Part shown: one piece after another, positions 11,043 through 20,203 of the stretch | Numbering within the stretch: the stretch's first letter is position 1 | Layout of the letters: each line of letters opens with the position of its first letter | Assembly (NCBI GenBank): GCA_037444405.1 | Contig: JBBIML010000012.1 | Coordinates: 64,001-128,000 of the forward strand | From: Armatimonadota bacterium | GTDB lineage: Bacteria; Armatimonadota; Fimbriimonadia; Fimbriimonadales; GBS-DC | Length of the DNA stretch: 64,000 nucleotides | Direction of reading: 5' to 3' | Program-made: the position numbers and the translations under genes | The notes under the pieces: model-generated | The model's database searches: none | The model's input: the letters and a program-made list of their open reading frames with translations, nothing else | Told to the model about the DNA's origin: nothing

Positions 11043-11512
11043 GGCGATTGCGCCTCCTCCGATTCGGCAGGCTGCTCCGACCCCGCACGCGAGCCGAAAA
11101 ACTGCAACAGCACCAGCCCCACCAGCGCCACCGTAATCGCCATATCCGCCACATTAAAGACGGGCCAGAGCAGCAGATCGAACATGTCCACCACATAGCC
11201 GTGTCGCAGGCGGTCGATGAGGTTGCCCGCTGCGCCGCCGAACAGCAATCCCAGCAGCGCCTGCACCGCGCGCGGCGGCTTCGCCCGACGCAGATACAGC
11301 ACAATCCCGCCCATCACGATCAGCGAAAGCGGGACCGTGAGCCAGCCCCTGCCATCTAACAAGCCGAACGCAATCCCCGTGTTGTGCGTGCGCGTCAGAT
11401 GGAACACGCCGGGAATCACAGGCAGACTCTGAGAGGGGTGCAGGCTGCTCACAACCCACTGCTTGCTTGCCTGATCCAGCACCAGTACCGCCGCTGCCAC
11501 CAGCCAGAACAT
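11039..11512 (-). CDS. lspA: Signal peptidase II
   Basis: LDQASK, NTGIAFG, GGAAGNLIDRL, VVDM, FNVADMAI. Confidence 0.96.
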   Translation of the reverse strand: MFWLVAAAVLVLDQASKQWVVSSLHPSQSLPVIPGVFHLTRTHNTGIAFGLLDGRGWLTVPLSLIVMGGIVLYLRRAKPPRAVQALLGLLFGGAAGNLIDRLRHGYVVDMFDLLLWPVFNVADMAITVALVGLVLLQFFGSRAGSEQPAESEEAQSP

Positions 11513-11587
11513 GCCACCCAGAGGATACCCGCTCTATGCCCGCCCAGGCGTGCTGATGGTGTAGCGCCGTTGTTGACACGCCTGAAC

Positions 11588-12289
11588 CTACTTCACGGCT
11601 GCCTTCTGGCGCAGACCGAGCCGAATGTTGAGAACCTCTACCCCCAGCGCGAACGCCATCGCGAAGTAGATGTAACCCTTGGGAATATGATAGCCAAAGC
11701 CCTCGCCTAACAGGTTGAAACCCACCAGCAGCAGGAACGCCAGCGCCAGCACCTTCAGCGACGGATGCGCATCGATCAAACGGCTCACCGTACCCGAAAA
11801 GAGCATCATAAAGATAAGCGCCAGCACCACCGCCGTGATCATCACCCACAGCTGGCGTGCCATCCCCACCGCCGTGATGACCGAATCAACCGAAAAGACC
11901 AGATCGATGAACAGAATCTGCACCACAACCGCCCAGAAGGAGAGAAATGCCCGCTTCACCATCGACTGAGAGGCGACTTCGAGCTTGTGATGAATCTCAT
12001 AGGTCGCCTTGCCCATCAGGAACAGCCCACCGAGAATCAGCACCAGGTCGCGCCCCGAAAAGGCATTACCAAAGATTGTGAACAGCGGCTGCTCCAGCCT
12101 CATCAGCCATGTGAGCGAGAGAAGGAACAGCACCCGTAGGATCAGTGCGAGGCTCAAACCCACCAAACGCGCCTTCACCCGCTGATCAGGCGGCAGTTTG
12201 TCCGATAAAATCGAAATAAACACCAGATTGTCGATACCCAGCACAATCTCCAGCGCCGTCAGCGTGATCAGAGCAATAACCGCTTCCAT
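11588..12289 (-). CDS. TerC family integral membrane protein
   Basis: LTALEIVLGIDNLVFI, DLVFSVDSVITAVGM, HIPKGYIYFAMAF; start placed at ATG 12289. Confidence 0.92.
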   Translation of the reverse strand: MEAVIALITLTALEIVLGIDNLVFISILSDKLPPDQRVKARLVGLSLALILRVLFLLSLTWLMRLEQPLFTIFGNAFSGRDLVLILGGLFLMGKATYEIHHKLEVASQSMVKRAFLSFWAVVVQILFIDLVFSVDSVITAVGMARQLWVMITAVVLALIFMMLFSGTVSRLIDAHPSLKVLALAFLLLVGFNLLGEGFGYHIPKGYIYFAMAFALGVEVLNIRLGLRQKAAVK

Positions 12290-12349
12290 CGGGGCATAGT
12301 GTACCCGCTGTGGATGGGGTATACTTCTGGGGTCAGAGGACGGCAAGCG

Positions 12350-12592
12350 ATGGCAACGGTCAGAACAGGCGGATTTATCGGGCGCCTTGTGAAACGGGTT
12401 CAGACCTGGTTCAACGAGGTCACGGCAGAGTTGAAGCGGGTCGTCAAGCCGACGCCAGAGGAGACCACCCAGATGATGATGGTGGTCATCGGCTTCATTC
12501 TGATAGTCGGCATCTGGTTCGCGCTGTGGGATGTGATCTTGACCAATCTCACGGTTCGAATCGAGCAGTGGGCGGAGCGTATCGGCAAGTAA
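12350..12592 (+). CDS. secE: Preprotein translocase subunit SecE
   Basis: EVTAELKRVVKPTPEE plus one TM helix, directly upstream of nusG. Confidence 0.88.
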   Translation: MATVRTGGFIGRLVKRVQTWFNEVTAELKRVVKPTPEETTQMMMVVIGFILIVGIWFALWDVILTNLTVRIEQWAERIGK

Positions 12593-12602
12593 GGAGCGAG
12601 CG

Positions 12603-13130
12603 ATGCGACGGGCATGGTATGTGGTGCGCACGCTGGTCGGGCACGAGAACAAGGTCAAGCTCGCGATTGAGAAGCGGGCAGCCGCGCGCGGGCTGACCGA
12701 TCGCATCTTTCAGGTGCTGATCCCGACCGAGCGCGAGGTGCGTACAAAGGGCGGCAAGAAGCAGACCCTCTCGCGCAAGGTGTTCCCCGGCTATGTGCTG
12801 GTGGAGATGATCTTAGACGACGAGAGCTGGACGCTGGTGCGCACGACGCCGGGCGTCACAGGCTTCATCGAATCGGGCGGTAAACCCGTTCCGCTCTCGC
12901 CCGAAGAGGTGGAGGATATCCAGCGCTCCATCGAGGAGAGCAAGGAGCGCCCGCGTGTAAGCTACCTGCCTGGCGACGCTGTGCGCGTCACCGCCGGCGC
13001 CTTCGCCGACTTCAACGGCAAGGTCGAAAGCATCGACTACGAACGCAATCGCGTCAAGGTGCTCATCAACATCTTCGGGCGGGAGACGCCCGTCGAACTG
13101 GAACTGGACCAGATCGAAAAGGTCTCATAG
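12603..13130 (+). CDS. nusG: Transcription termination/antitermination factor NusG
   Basis: [31 protein letters not shown] domain, [10 protein letters not shown]. Confidence 0.98.
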   Translation: MRRAWYVVRTLVGHENKVKLAIEKRAAARGLTDRIFQVLIPTEREVRTKGGKKQTLSRKVFPGYVLVEMILDDESWTLVRTTPGVTGFIESGGKPVPLSPEEVEDIQRSIEESKERPRVSYLPGDAVRVTAGAFADFNGKVESIDYERNRVKVLINIFGRETPVELELDQIEKVS

Positions 13131-13143
13131 GAGGGATACAGGG

Positions 13144-13569
13144 ATGGCAAAAAAGGTGATGACGGTAATCAAGTTGAACCTGCCTGCGGGCGCAGCGACG
13201 CCTGCGCCGCCTGTCGGACCCGCGCTGGGTCAGGCAGGGGTCAACATTATGGAGTTTGTGAAGAAGTTTAACGAGCAGACGGCGAACCAGCGCGGCTCCA
13301 CGCTACCCGTGGAGATAACCGTCTATGAGGATCGCTCCTTCACCTTCGTGGTAAAGCAGCCGCTGGCGTCCGACCTCATCAAACAGGCGGCGGGCATCGA
13401 GTCCGGCTCACCCAACCCGCTCCGCCAGAAGGTGGGACGCATCACACGGGAGCAACTGCGCCAGATCGCCGAACGCAAAATGCCCGATCTGAACGCCAAC
13501 GATATCGAAGCCGCCATGCGAATTATTGCAGGCACTGCCCGCTCGATGGGCGTCGAAATCGTCGACTGA
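13144..13569 (+). CDS. rplK: 50S ribosomal protein L11
   Basis: [37 protein letters not shown]. Confidence 0.99.
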   Translation: MAKKVMTVIKLNLPAGAATPAPPVGPALGQAGVNIMEFVKKFNEQTANQRGSTLPVEITVYEDRSFTFVVKQPLASDLIKQAAGIESGSPNPLRQKVGRITREQLRQIAERKMPDLNANDIEAAMRIIAGTARSMGVEIVD

Positions 13570-13585
13570 ACACAGGAGGCAACCG

Positions 13586-14332
13586 ATGAGAGGACGCAAA
13601 ATCGCCAAACGACAGGCACATAGCGAACGCTATCTGAAACTTTTACAGCTGATCGACAAAACGCGCCTCTACTCACCCGAAGAGGCGATCCGGCTGGTGA
13701 AGCAGACCGCCACCGCGAAGTTCGATGAAGCGGTCGATATGGCGGTCAATCTGGGCGTGGACCCGCGCAAGAGCGACCAGATGGTGCGCGGCGTGGTGAA
13801 CCTGCCACACGGTACGGGCAAAAAGCAGAAGGTGATGGTGTTCGCCAAAGGCGAACAGGCGGAGGCGGCTCGCGCCGCCGGCGCCGACCTCGTGGGCGCG
13901 GAAGACCTCGTGGAGCAAATCCAGAAAGGCTGGAAAGGCTGGAAAAACTTCGATCTGATCGTCGCCGCGCAGGATATGATGCCCATTATCAGTCGCGTCG
14001 GCGGGATTCTCAAAGCGCGGATGCCGAACCCGAAATCGGGCACGGTATCGCCCGACCCTGCGAAGGTCGTCAGCGACATCAAGCAGGCGTCGCGCGTGGA
14101 GTATCGCGTGGACAAGGCAGGCATCGTGCATATGCCCATCGGGCGCGTGTCGTTCAGCGAGGAGCAGCTCTTGGAGAACTTCGCCGTCGCGCTGAACGCG
14201 CTCCTGCGTGCCAAGCCTGCCACCTCACGCGGACGCTACCTGCGCGCCATCACCCTCTCCAGCACGATGGGACCGGGCATCCCCATCGACCCGAACCTCG
14301 CGCAGAAGCTGGCGGAGCAGGTGAAGTCCTGA
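13586..14332 (+). CDS. rplA: 50S ribosomal protein L1
   Basis: AKFDEAVD, LGVDPRKSDQMVRG..LPHGTGK, MPNPKSGTV, SSTMGPGI; AGGAGG RBS before ATG 13586. Confidence 0.98.
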   Translation: MRGRKIAKRQAHSERYLKLLQLIDKTRLYSPEEAIRLVKQTATAKFDEAVDMAVNLGVDPRKSDQMVRGVVNLPHGTGKKQKVMVFAKGEQAEAARAAGADLVGAEDLVEQIQKGWKGWKNFDLIVAAQDMMPIISRVGGILKARMPNPKSGTVSPDPAKVVSDIKQASRVEYRVDKAGIVHMPIGRVSFSEEQLLENFAVALNALLRAKPATSRGRYLRAITLSSTMGPGIPIDPNLAQKLAEQVKS

Positions 14333-14333
14333 T

Positions 14334-15350
14334 TCAGTCACCCGTCGCGTTGCGCAGATGCTCGGCGGCGTCTTCGGGCGCGGTGATGTTGATGTAGATG
14401 CCCGTGCCCATCTCGAAGCCTGCCGGTATCGACAGGCGCGGCACCAGCACCAGATGCCAGTGGAACAGCGGCTCGCGTTCGAGGTTAATCGGCGCGGTGT
14501 GAATCATATAGTTGTACGGCGGGTCGCCCAACAGCCGATGGAGCCGTTGCAGGATATCCTGAAGGGTGGCTGCGAACGCCTTCAGCACTTCGGGCGGCTC
14601 CTGCGCAAAGTGGGACGCATGGCGCAGCGGCAGGATGCACACTTCGAACGGGAAGCGCGAGGCGAACGGCGTGAACACCAGAAAATGCTCGTTCTCCAGC
14701 ACCACGCGCCTGCCGAACGCGCGCTCCTGCTGAATCATATCGCAATAGATACAGCGGTCGCGATAGTCGGAGTGGCGGGCGATGCCGTCGAGCTTGAGCT
14801 GCACCTCCATCGGCACCATCGGCAGCGCGACCAGCTGCGAATGGGGATGCTCCAGCGAGGCGCCCGCCGTGCGACCATGATTGCGAAAAATCAGCACATA
14901 TTTGAAGCGGGTATCGCGCTGGAGATCGAGCGCGCGCTCCCGATACATCCAGAGGACTTCCTGCCACTGTTCAGGCGGCATGGTGGTGGGGTGCAGGTTG
15001 TGCGTGGGCGTTTCGATAATCACCTCGTGCGCGCCGACGCCGTTCATCACATCATAGATGCCGAACCCCTGTCGGCTCAGCTCGCCTTCGCTGGCGAGCG
15101 CGGGATACTTGTTCGGCACGGTGCGCACCCACCAGCCGGGCGTGTCAGGCGCGCTGCCCGCTTCGCGGAAGGCGCAGATTTCGGGCGGGGTCTGATGCTC
15201 ATTACCGGGGCAGAAGGGGCAGCTCTCCAGAAAGGCTGGCAGTGGCGGTGTGTCCGCCCCGCTTTTGCGAAAGTCGTGCGGGCGACGGCTGCGCTCCGTC
15301 GCGATAATCACCCATTCCCGCGTGACGGGATCGCGTCTGAGTTCTGGCAT
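14334..15350 (-). CDS. galT: Galactose-1-phosphate uridylyltransferase
   Basis: MPELRRDP, CPFCPGNE, NKYPAL, GASLEHPHSQ catalytic motif. Confidence 0.95.
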   Translation of the reverse strand: MPELRRDPVTREWVIIATERSRRPHDFRKSGADTPPLPAFLESCPFCPGNEHQTPPEICAFREAGSAPDTPGWWVRTVPNKYPALASEGELSRQGFGIYDVMNGVGAHEVIIETPTHNLHPTTMPPEQWQEVLWMYRERALDLQRDTRFKYVLIFRNHGRTAGASLEHPHSQLVALPMVPMEVQLKLDGIARHSDYRDRCIYCDMIQQERAFGRRVVLENEHFLVFTPFASRFPFEVCILPLRHASHFAQEPPEVLKAFAATLQDILQRLHRLLGDPPYNYMIHTAPINLEREPLFHWHLVLVPRLSIPAGFEMGTGIYINITAPEDAAEHLRNATGD

Positions 15351-15462
15351 CGTCAAGATTATGCCATATCGCGCCCTGTAATCTCACCGTTTCGGGTATC
15401 ATTCTGGCGTTGCCGTTCGGCAATAGCGCAAATACCGACTCATACAAGGGAGGCATGTAAGT

Positions 15463-18027
15463 ATGCGTGAAATCTGGCAGCAAGATGGAGGCTTTTCAGG
15501 GAAGAATGGTGGGCGTGTGGCGGCGCTCGGTGCGCTCTGGCTGCTGGGCGTGGCGGGCGCGTTTGCGAGCGAGGCGGTCGAACTGCCGCCGTTTGGCTCC
15601 ACCGAGTACACCATTCTCACGCTGGTGCTGTTGATGGCGTTCGCGGCACTGGCGTTCGGCGGCTACCTGTTCTTCTGGACCCTCAAACAGCCTGCGGGCA
15701 CGCCCCGCATGCAGGAGGTCGCCGCCGCCATCCAGGCAGGCGCGAATGCCTACCTCAAACGCCAGATTCGCACAATGATCTGGTTCGTACTACTGATCAC
15801 TATCGGGCTGTTCGCGCTCTATTATCCCGTGTATCAGCGCATCTATCCCGATGAGGCGTTCCGTCTGGCGTTTGGGATCGCGCTGGCGTTCTTTCTTGGT
15901 GTGTTCGCCTCGTACGGCGCGGGTTTCGTGGGGATGTACATGGCGGTGCGCGGCAATGTGCGCACGGCAGCGAAGGCGCTGACCACCTTCAAGGGCGCGC
16001 TGGAGACCGCCTTTCGCGCGGGCGCGGTGAGCGGGATGTTCACCGTCGGGCTGGGACTGCTCGGCGCGACCATCATCTTCCTGCTCTATCGTGAGAAGGC
16101 GATGTTCGTGCTGATTGGCTTCGGTTTCGGCGGCTCGCTGGCGGCGCTCTTTATGCGTGTGGGCGGCGGTATCTACACCAAAGGCGCCGATGTGGGCGCC
16201 GACCTGGTGGGCAAGGTGGAGGCTGGCATCCCCGAAGACGACCCGCGCAACCCCGCCACGATTGCCGACAATGTGGGCGACAATGTGGGCGACTGCGCGG
16301 GTATGGCTGCCGATGTGTTCGAGTCGTACGAGGTGACGCTCGTCGCCGCGATTATTCTGGGCGTGGCAGCCAGCGTGGTGCTGACCTCTGCGAGCGCGAT
16401 GAAGCTGGTGATGTTCGCGCTGATGGTGCGCGGTGTGGGCATTCTGGCGTCGATCATCGGCGTGCTGGCGGTGCGGGGCGAAGACCGCGCCGACCTGAAC
16501 CCGATGGCGCCCATCAGCCGCGGCTTCTGGGTCTCCGCCGTGCTGGCAGCGCTGGGCAATCTCGGCGTCGCCTACTACTTCATGCAGGATGTGCAGCTCA
16601 AGCCGGAGATGGGCGGCGCTGTGGTGGACTGGTGGCGCTTCTGGCTGGCGACCGCGTTCGGGATTGTGATGGCGACGCTGATTGAGCGCATCACCGAATA
16701 CTTCACAGGCACCGAGAAGAAGCCCGTCAAGGAGATTTCGGCGTCAGCGTCCACGGGACCCGCCACGCTGATTATTCAGGGCTTCGCCTACGGGCTGGAA
16801 TCGAGCGTGTGGGCGGTGCTCGCGATTGTGCTGGCGCTGCTCGCGCCGCTGTTCATCTTTCCGCCCGGCGAGTTCGCGGGTCCAATGCTGTCGTTCTACG
16901 GCATCGCGCTCACAGGGCTGGGACTGCTCGCCACCACCGGCTACATTCTGGCGATGGACACCTTCGGTCCTATCTCCGATAACGCGAACGGCATCTTCGA
17001 GATGTCGGGCGCGCTCAAGGAGCAGGGCAATCGCCCTGCCGCAGGCGGGCTGACGGGCGACCGTATCGTGCATCGGCTCGACTCGGTCGGCAACACCACG
17101 AAAGCCCTGACCAAAGGCTTCGCGATTGCCACCGCGGTGGTGGCGGCGGTCGCGCTGTTCCACTCGTTTGTGGAGGATTCGCGCCTGGTGGAGCTGATCA
17201 ACGCCGCGTCGCAGCAGGCGCCGCATCTGCGCGATTCGATCGGCGGGCTGCCCGTGGATGTGCCGATTGTGTTCATCGGGCTGCTGATTGGCGGCGCGGC
17301 GCCGTTCCTGTTCAGCGCGTTCTCCATTATGGCGGTCGGGCGCTCCTCCTTCGAGATGATCAACGAGGTGCGCCGCCAGTTCCGCGAGCGACCGGGCATC
17401 ATGGCGGGCACCGAGAAGCCCGACTACGGGCGCTGTGTGGAGATAGTCACGCGCGCGGCGCAGAAGGAGCTGCTCGGACCGGGCGTGCTGGCGATTGCCC
17501 TGCCGATTGCGGTCGGTTTCGGCTTGAGCATCGGCGCTACGGCGGTAACGATTAACGGCACGCAATATGTGCTGACGGGCGCGCAGGCGCTGGGCGGCTA
17601 CCTGGCAGGCGCGATTCTGACCGCGCAGCTGCTGGCGGTGCTGCTGGCGAACTCCGGCGGCGCATGGGACAACGCCAAAAAGCGCATCGAGGACGGCTTC
17701 CTGGGCGGCAAGGGCACCGACGCGCACAAGGCGGGCGTGATCGGCGATACCGTCGGCGACCCGTTCAAGGACACCGCCGGTCCCGCGCTCAACCCGCTGA
17801 TCAAGGTGATGAACCTGGTGTCGATCCTGATTGCGCCTGTGGTGATCCAGCCGCTGCCGAACTGGGTTCGCATCGCCGTTACCGTCGTGGCGGTCGCAGC
17901 GCTGCTCTTCTCGATCTACTGGAGCAAGCGCGGCTCGGTCGCCGAGACCCTCGAAACCGAGCTGGGCTACCAGCTGACCGAAGAGAAGCATGCCGTCGCC
18001 GTCGGCGCCACCAAAGACGGCTCGTAA
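15463..18027 (+). CDS. hppA: Membrane-bound cation-translocating pyrophosphatase (K+-independent signature)
   Basis: GGIYTKGADVGADLVGKVE, EDDPRN, DNVGDNVGD, GNTTKA, GGAWDNAKK, GDTVGDPFKDTAGP. Confidence 0.97.
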   Translation: MREIWQQDGGFSGKNGGRVAALGALWLLGVAGAFASEAVELPPFGSTEYTILTLVLLMAFAALAFGGYLFFWTLKQPAGTPRMQEVAAAIQAGANAYLKRQIRTMIWFVLLITIGLFALYYPVYQRIYPDEAFRLAFGIALAFFLGVFASYGAGFVGMYMAVRGNVRTAAKALTTFKGALETAFRAGAVSGMFTVGLGLLGATIIFLLYREKAMFVLIGFGFGGSLAALFMRVGGGIYTKGADVGADLVGKVEAGIPEDDPRNPATIADNVGDNVGDCAGMAADVFESYEVTLVAAIILGVAASVVLTSASAMKLVMFALMVRGVGILASIIGVLAVRGEDRADLNPMAPISRGFWVSAVLAALGNLGVAYYFMQDVQLKPEMGGAVVDWWRFWLATAFGIVMATLIERITEYFTGTEKKPVKEISASASTGPATLIIQGFAYGLESSVWAVLAIVLALLAPLFIFPPGEFAGPMLSFYGIALTGLGLLATTGYILAMDTFGPISDNANGIFEMSGALKEQGNRPAAGGLTGDRIVHRLDSVGNTTKALTKGFAIATAVVAAVALFHSFVEDSRLVELINAASQQAPHLRDSIGGLPVDVPIVFIGLLIGGAAPFLFSAFSIMAVGRSSFEMINEVRRQFRERPGIMAGTEKPDYGRCVEIVTRAAQKELLGPGVLAIALPIAVGFGLSIGATAVTINGTQYVLTGAQALGGYLAGAILTAQLLAVLLANSGGAWDNAKKRIEDGFLGGKGTDAHKAGVIGDTVGDPFKDTAGPALNPLIKVMNLVSILIAPVVIQPLPNWVRIAVTVVAVAALLFSIYWSKRGSVAETLETELGYQLTEEKHAVAVGATKDGS

Positions 18028-18038
18028 ACCCGGTGCTA

Positions 18039-18124
18039 CCCTCACCCCCGTGCCCCCTCTCCCACGCTGTGGGAGAGGGGGTTCAAATCCCTCTCCCCCA
18101 AAGGGGGAGAGGGTACGGGTGAGG
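18039..18124. repeat. CCCTCTCCC/GGGAGAGGG cruciform inverted-repeat element, copy 1
   Basis: Outer CCTCACCC...GGGTGAGG stem enclosing two hairpins (18053-18081 and 18089-18113). Confidence 0.8.
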
Positions 18125-18183
18125 AGGCTTTCTTCAGACCGAACAAAACCCATCATCAGGCGTCTAAAAGGGGCGAGGAGGAG

Positions 18184-18906
18184 ATGACAATGCGAACCAG
18201 ATGGCTATGGCTTGGAGTGGCTGCGCTGGTGGTGACCAGCCTTGCGCTGGCACAGCAACCTGAACGCCCCCGCCGACAGGGACCGCCCGGTTTCGGCTTC
18301 GGCGGGCGCATGGGCGCGAACCTCTCATGGACCCTGCTCATGCGCGACGATGTGCAGAAGGAGCTGAACCTCTCCGAGCAGCAAAAAACGAAGCTCAACC
18401 AAATGCGGCAGGAGATACAGCAGGCGATGCAGGAGTCGCGCAACCTGCCGCCGGAACAGCGCCGCGAGCAGATGCAACAGCTGCGCCAGAAGTATGACCC
18501 GACCAGCATCCTGACCGACGCCCAGCGCAAGCGCCTGCGCGAACTGGAACTCCAGTGGCAGGGTCCTATTGCGCTGCTCGACCCCGACATCGCCCGTGAG
18601 GTGGGGCTGACCGAGGAGCAGCAGGCGAAGATTCGCGGCATCGTGCAGGAGACCTTCCAGTCCATACGCGGTCAGCCGGGTCAACCCCCTCAGCCCGGTG
18701 AGCGGATTCAGGAGCTGCAGAAGGCACGCGAGCAAGCCGAGAAGAAGATTCTGGAGGTGCTGACTCCTGCCCAGCGCGAGAAGTGGCAGCAGATGACGGG
18801 CAAGCCGTTTGAGTTTCAGGGTGGGCGCGGCTTCTTCGGCGGCGGTCGCGGCGGCTTTGGCGGCGCGCCCGGCGGCGGCGGACGCGCCGGCGGCTTCCGC
18901 GGCTAA
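18184..18906 (+). CDS. Exported Spy/CpxP-like (LTxxQ repeat) protein
   Basis: Signal peptide; repeated LSEQQ, LTDAQ, LTEEQ, LTPAQ motifs; Gly-rich tail. Confidence 0.75.
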   Translation: MTMRTRWLWLGVAALVVTSLALAQQPERPRRQGPPGFGFGGRMGANLSWTLLMRDDVQKELNLSEQQKTKLNQMRQEIQQAMQESRNLPPEQRREQMQQLRQKYDPTSILTDAQRKRLRELELQWQGPIALLDPDIAREVGLTEEQQAKIRGIVQETFQSIRGQPGQPPQPGERIQELQKAREQAEKKILEVLTPAQREKWQQMTGKPFEFQGGRGFFGGGRGGFGGAPGGGGRAGGFRG

Positions 18907-18912
18907 CCCCGC

Positions 18913-20136
18913 TCACCCCGCTTCTTTTCCCAATCTCCCACCCTGCTGAAGGCGTGGGGGATTGTTTTTATGCCATGCGTTAAGGGCTACCTGCCACACC
19001 TGATGGAGGGGGATGTTCTGTTCGCGGGCGAGGCGGGCACAGTCCTCATATTCGGGCGCGACATGCAGCACGCGCTCGCCATCCCGCGCCAGCTTGACCC
19101 GCACCACACCATAGGGCGTCTGCACCTCCCGAATCTCGCGCTGGAGGCAACGGCGATGGAGCAGGGTGTAGCGCACGCCCAGTGTCGGCGTCTCGGTCAG
19201 CAGCAGATTAATGAGCGCGTCGGCGCGCTCCGGCGGCGCAAGCAGCGTGATTAACACACCCGGGCGGTTCTTCTTCATCTGCACAGGCGTGAGGAAGGCA
19301 TCTAACGCGCCCTGCGCCAACGCCTGCTCCAACACATAGCCCATCAGCTGGGGCGTGGCGTCGTCGAGGTTGGTTTCAATCTGCACGATGCTCTGCCAGT
19401 TGCCCTGCGCGTCCTGCAGTCCGTATGCTTCACCAACGAACAGGCGCAGGAGGTTGGGCAGAGGACGCACGGCGGTGCCCGCGCCGTAGCCGACCGCCTC
19501 GTAGCGCATCGGGGGCTGAACCCCGAACGAATCGCTGAGCGCGACGGCGAGCGCCGCGCCCGTCGGCGTCACCGTCTCGCCCTCTATCGGAATGCCGTAG
19601 GTCGGCACGCCGCGCAGCAGCTCTACCACGGCGGGCGCGGGCAGGGGTAGGTGACCATGCTCCGCCTGCACGAATCCGCGCCCTATCGGCAACGGCGAGC
19701 AGACGATTCGCTCAACGCCCAGCTGTTCCAGCCCCCAGCAGCTGCCCACCACATCCAGAATGGCGTCGATCGCGCCCACCTCGTGGAAATGCACGCGGTC
19801 GGGCGTGGTGCGATGCACGGCAGCCTCCGCCTCCGCCAGTTTCTGGAACACCGCCGTCGCGTTCTGGCGCACCCGCTCCGAAAGCGGCGCGCGCTCGATA
19901 ATCGCCAGCACATCGCTCAGATGGCGATGGGGCTGGTTTTCCACGACGCGAATCTGCACGCGCCGCGCGTACACCGCCTCCACCTCCACCTGCTCCGAGC
20001 GCCATTCCCAGCCCGTAAGGTTCAGCGAGCGCAGCGTCTCCACGAGCGCCGCTTCAGGCACGCCCACCTCAATCAGCGCGGCGAGCATCATATCGCCCGC
20101 GATGCCGCCGATACAATCGATGTAGAGTGTCCTCAT
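18913..20136 (-). CDS. larC: Nickel pincer cofactor biosynthesis protein LarC
   Basis: GIAGDMMLAAL, HFHEVGAIDAILD, HGxLPxPAPA, TPTGAA, ETNLDD, MKKNRPG, PEYEDC. Confidence 0.95.
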   Translation of the reverse strand: MRTLYIDCIGGIAGDMMLAALIEVGVPEAALVETLRSLNLTGWEWRSEQVEVEAVYARRVQIRVVENQPHRHLSDVLAIIERAPLSERVRQNATAVFQKLAEAEAAVHRTTPDRVHFHEVGAIDAILDVVGSCWGLEQLGVERIVCSPLPIGRGFVQAEHGHLPLPAPAVVELLRGVPTYGIPIEGETVTPTGAALAVALSDSFGVQPPMRYEAVGYGAGTAVRPLPNLLRLFVGEAYGLQDAQGNWQSIVQIETNLDDATPQLMGYVLEQALAQGALDAFLTPVQMKKNRPGVLITLLAPPERADALINLLLTETPTLGVRYTLLHRRCLQREIREVQTPYGVVRVKLARDGERVLHVAPEYEDCARLAREQNIPLHQVWQVALNAWHKNNPPRLQQGGRLGKEAG

Positions 20137-20203
20137 AGCGTTGGCAACACCTCCTGCATAACAGGGATAGGGATGCGGGCGACCGCACCCTTACTCTGCG
20201 CTC

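Noticed and set aside
12290..12706. 139-aa N-terminal extension of TerC in the ORF track
   Set aside because: Overlaps secE and nusG on the opposite strand; the family N-terminus begins at ATG 12289
16744..18156. 470-aa ORF antisense to hppA (likewise those antisense to glyA, ribBA, sdhA, galT and the kinase)
   Set aside because: Fully overlap well-supported genes on the other strand; typical of high-GC DNA
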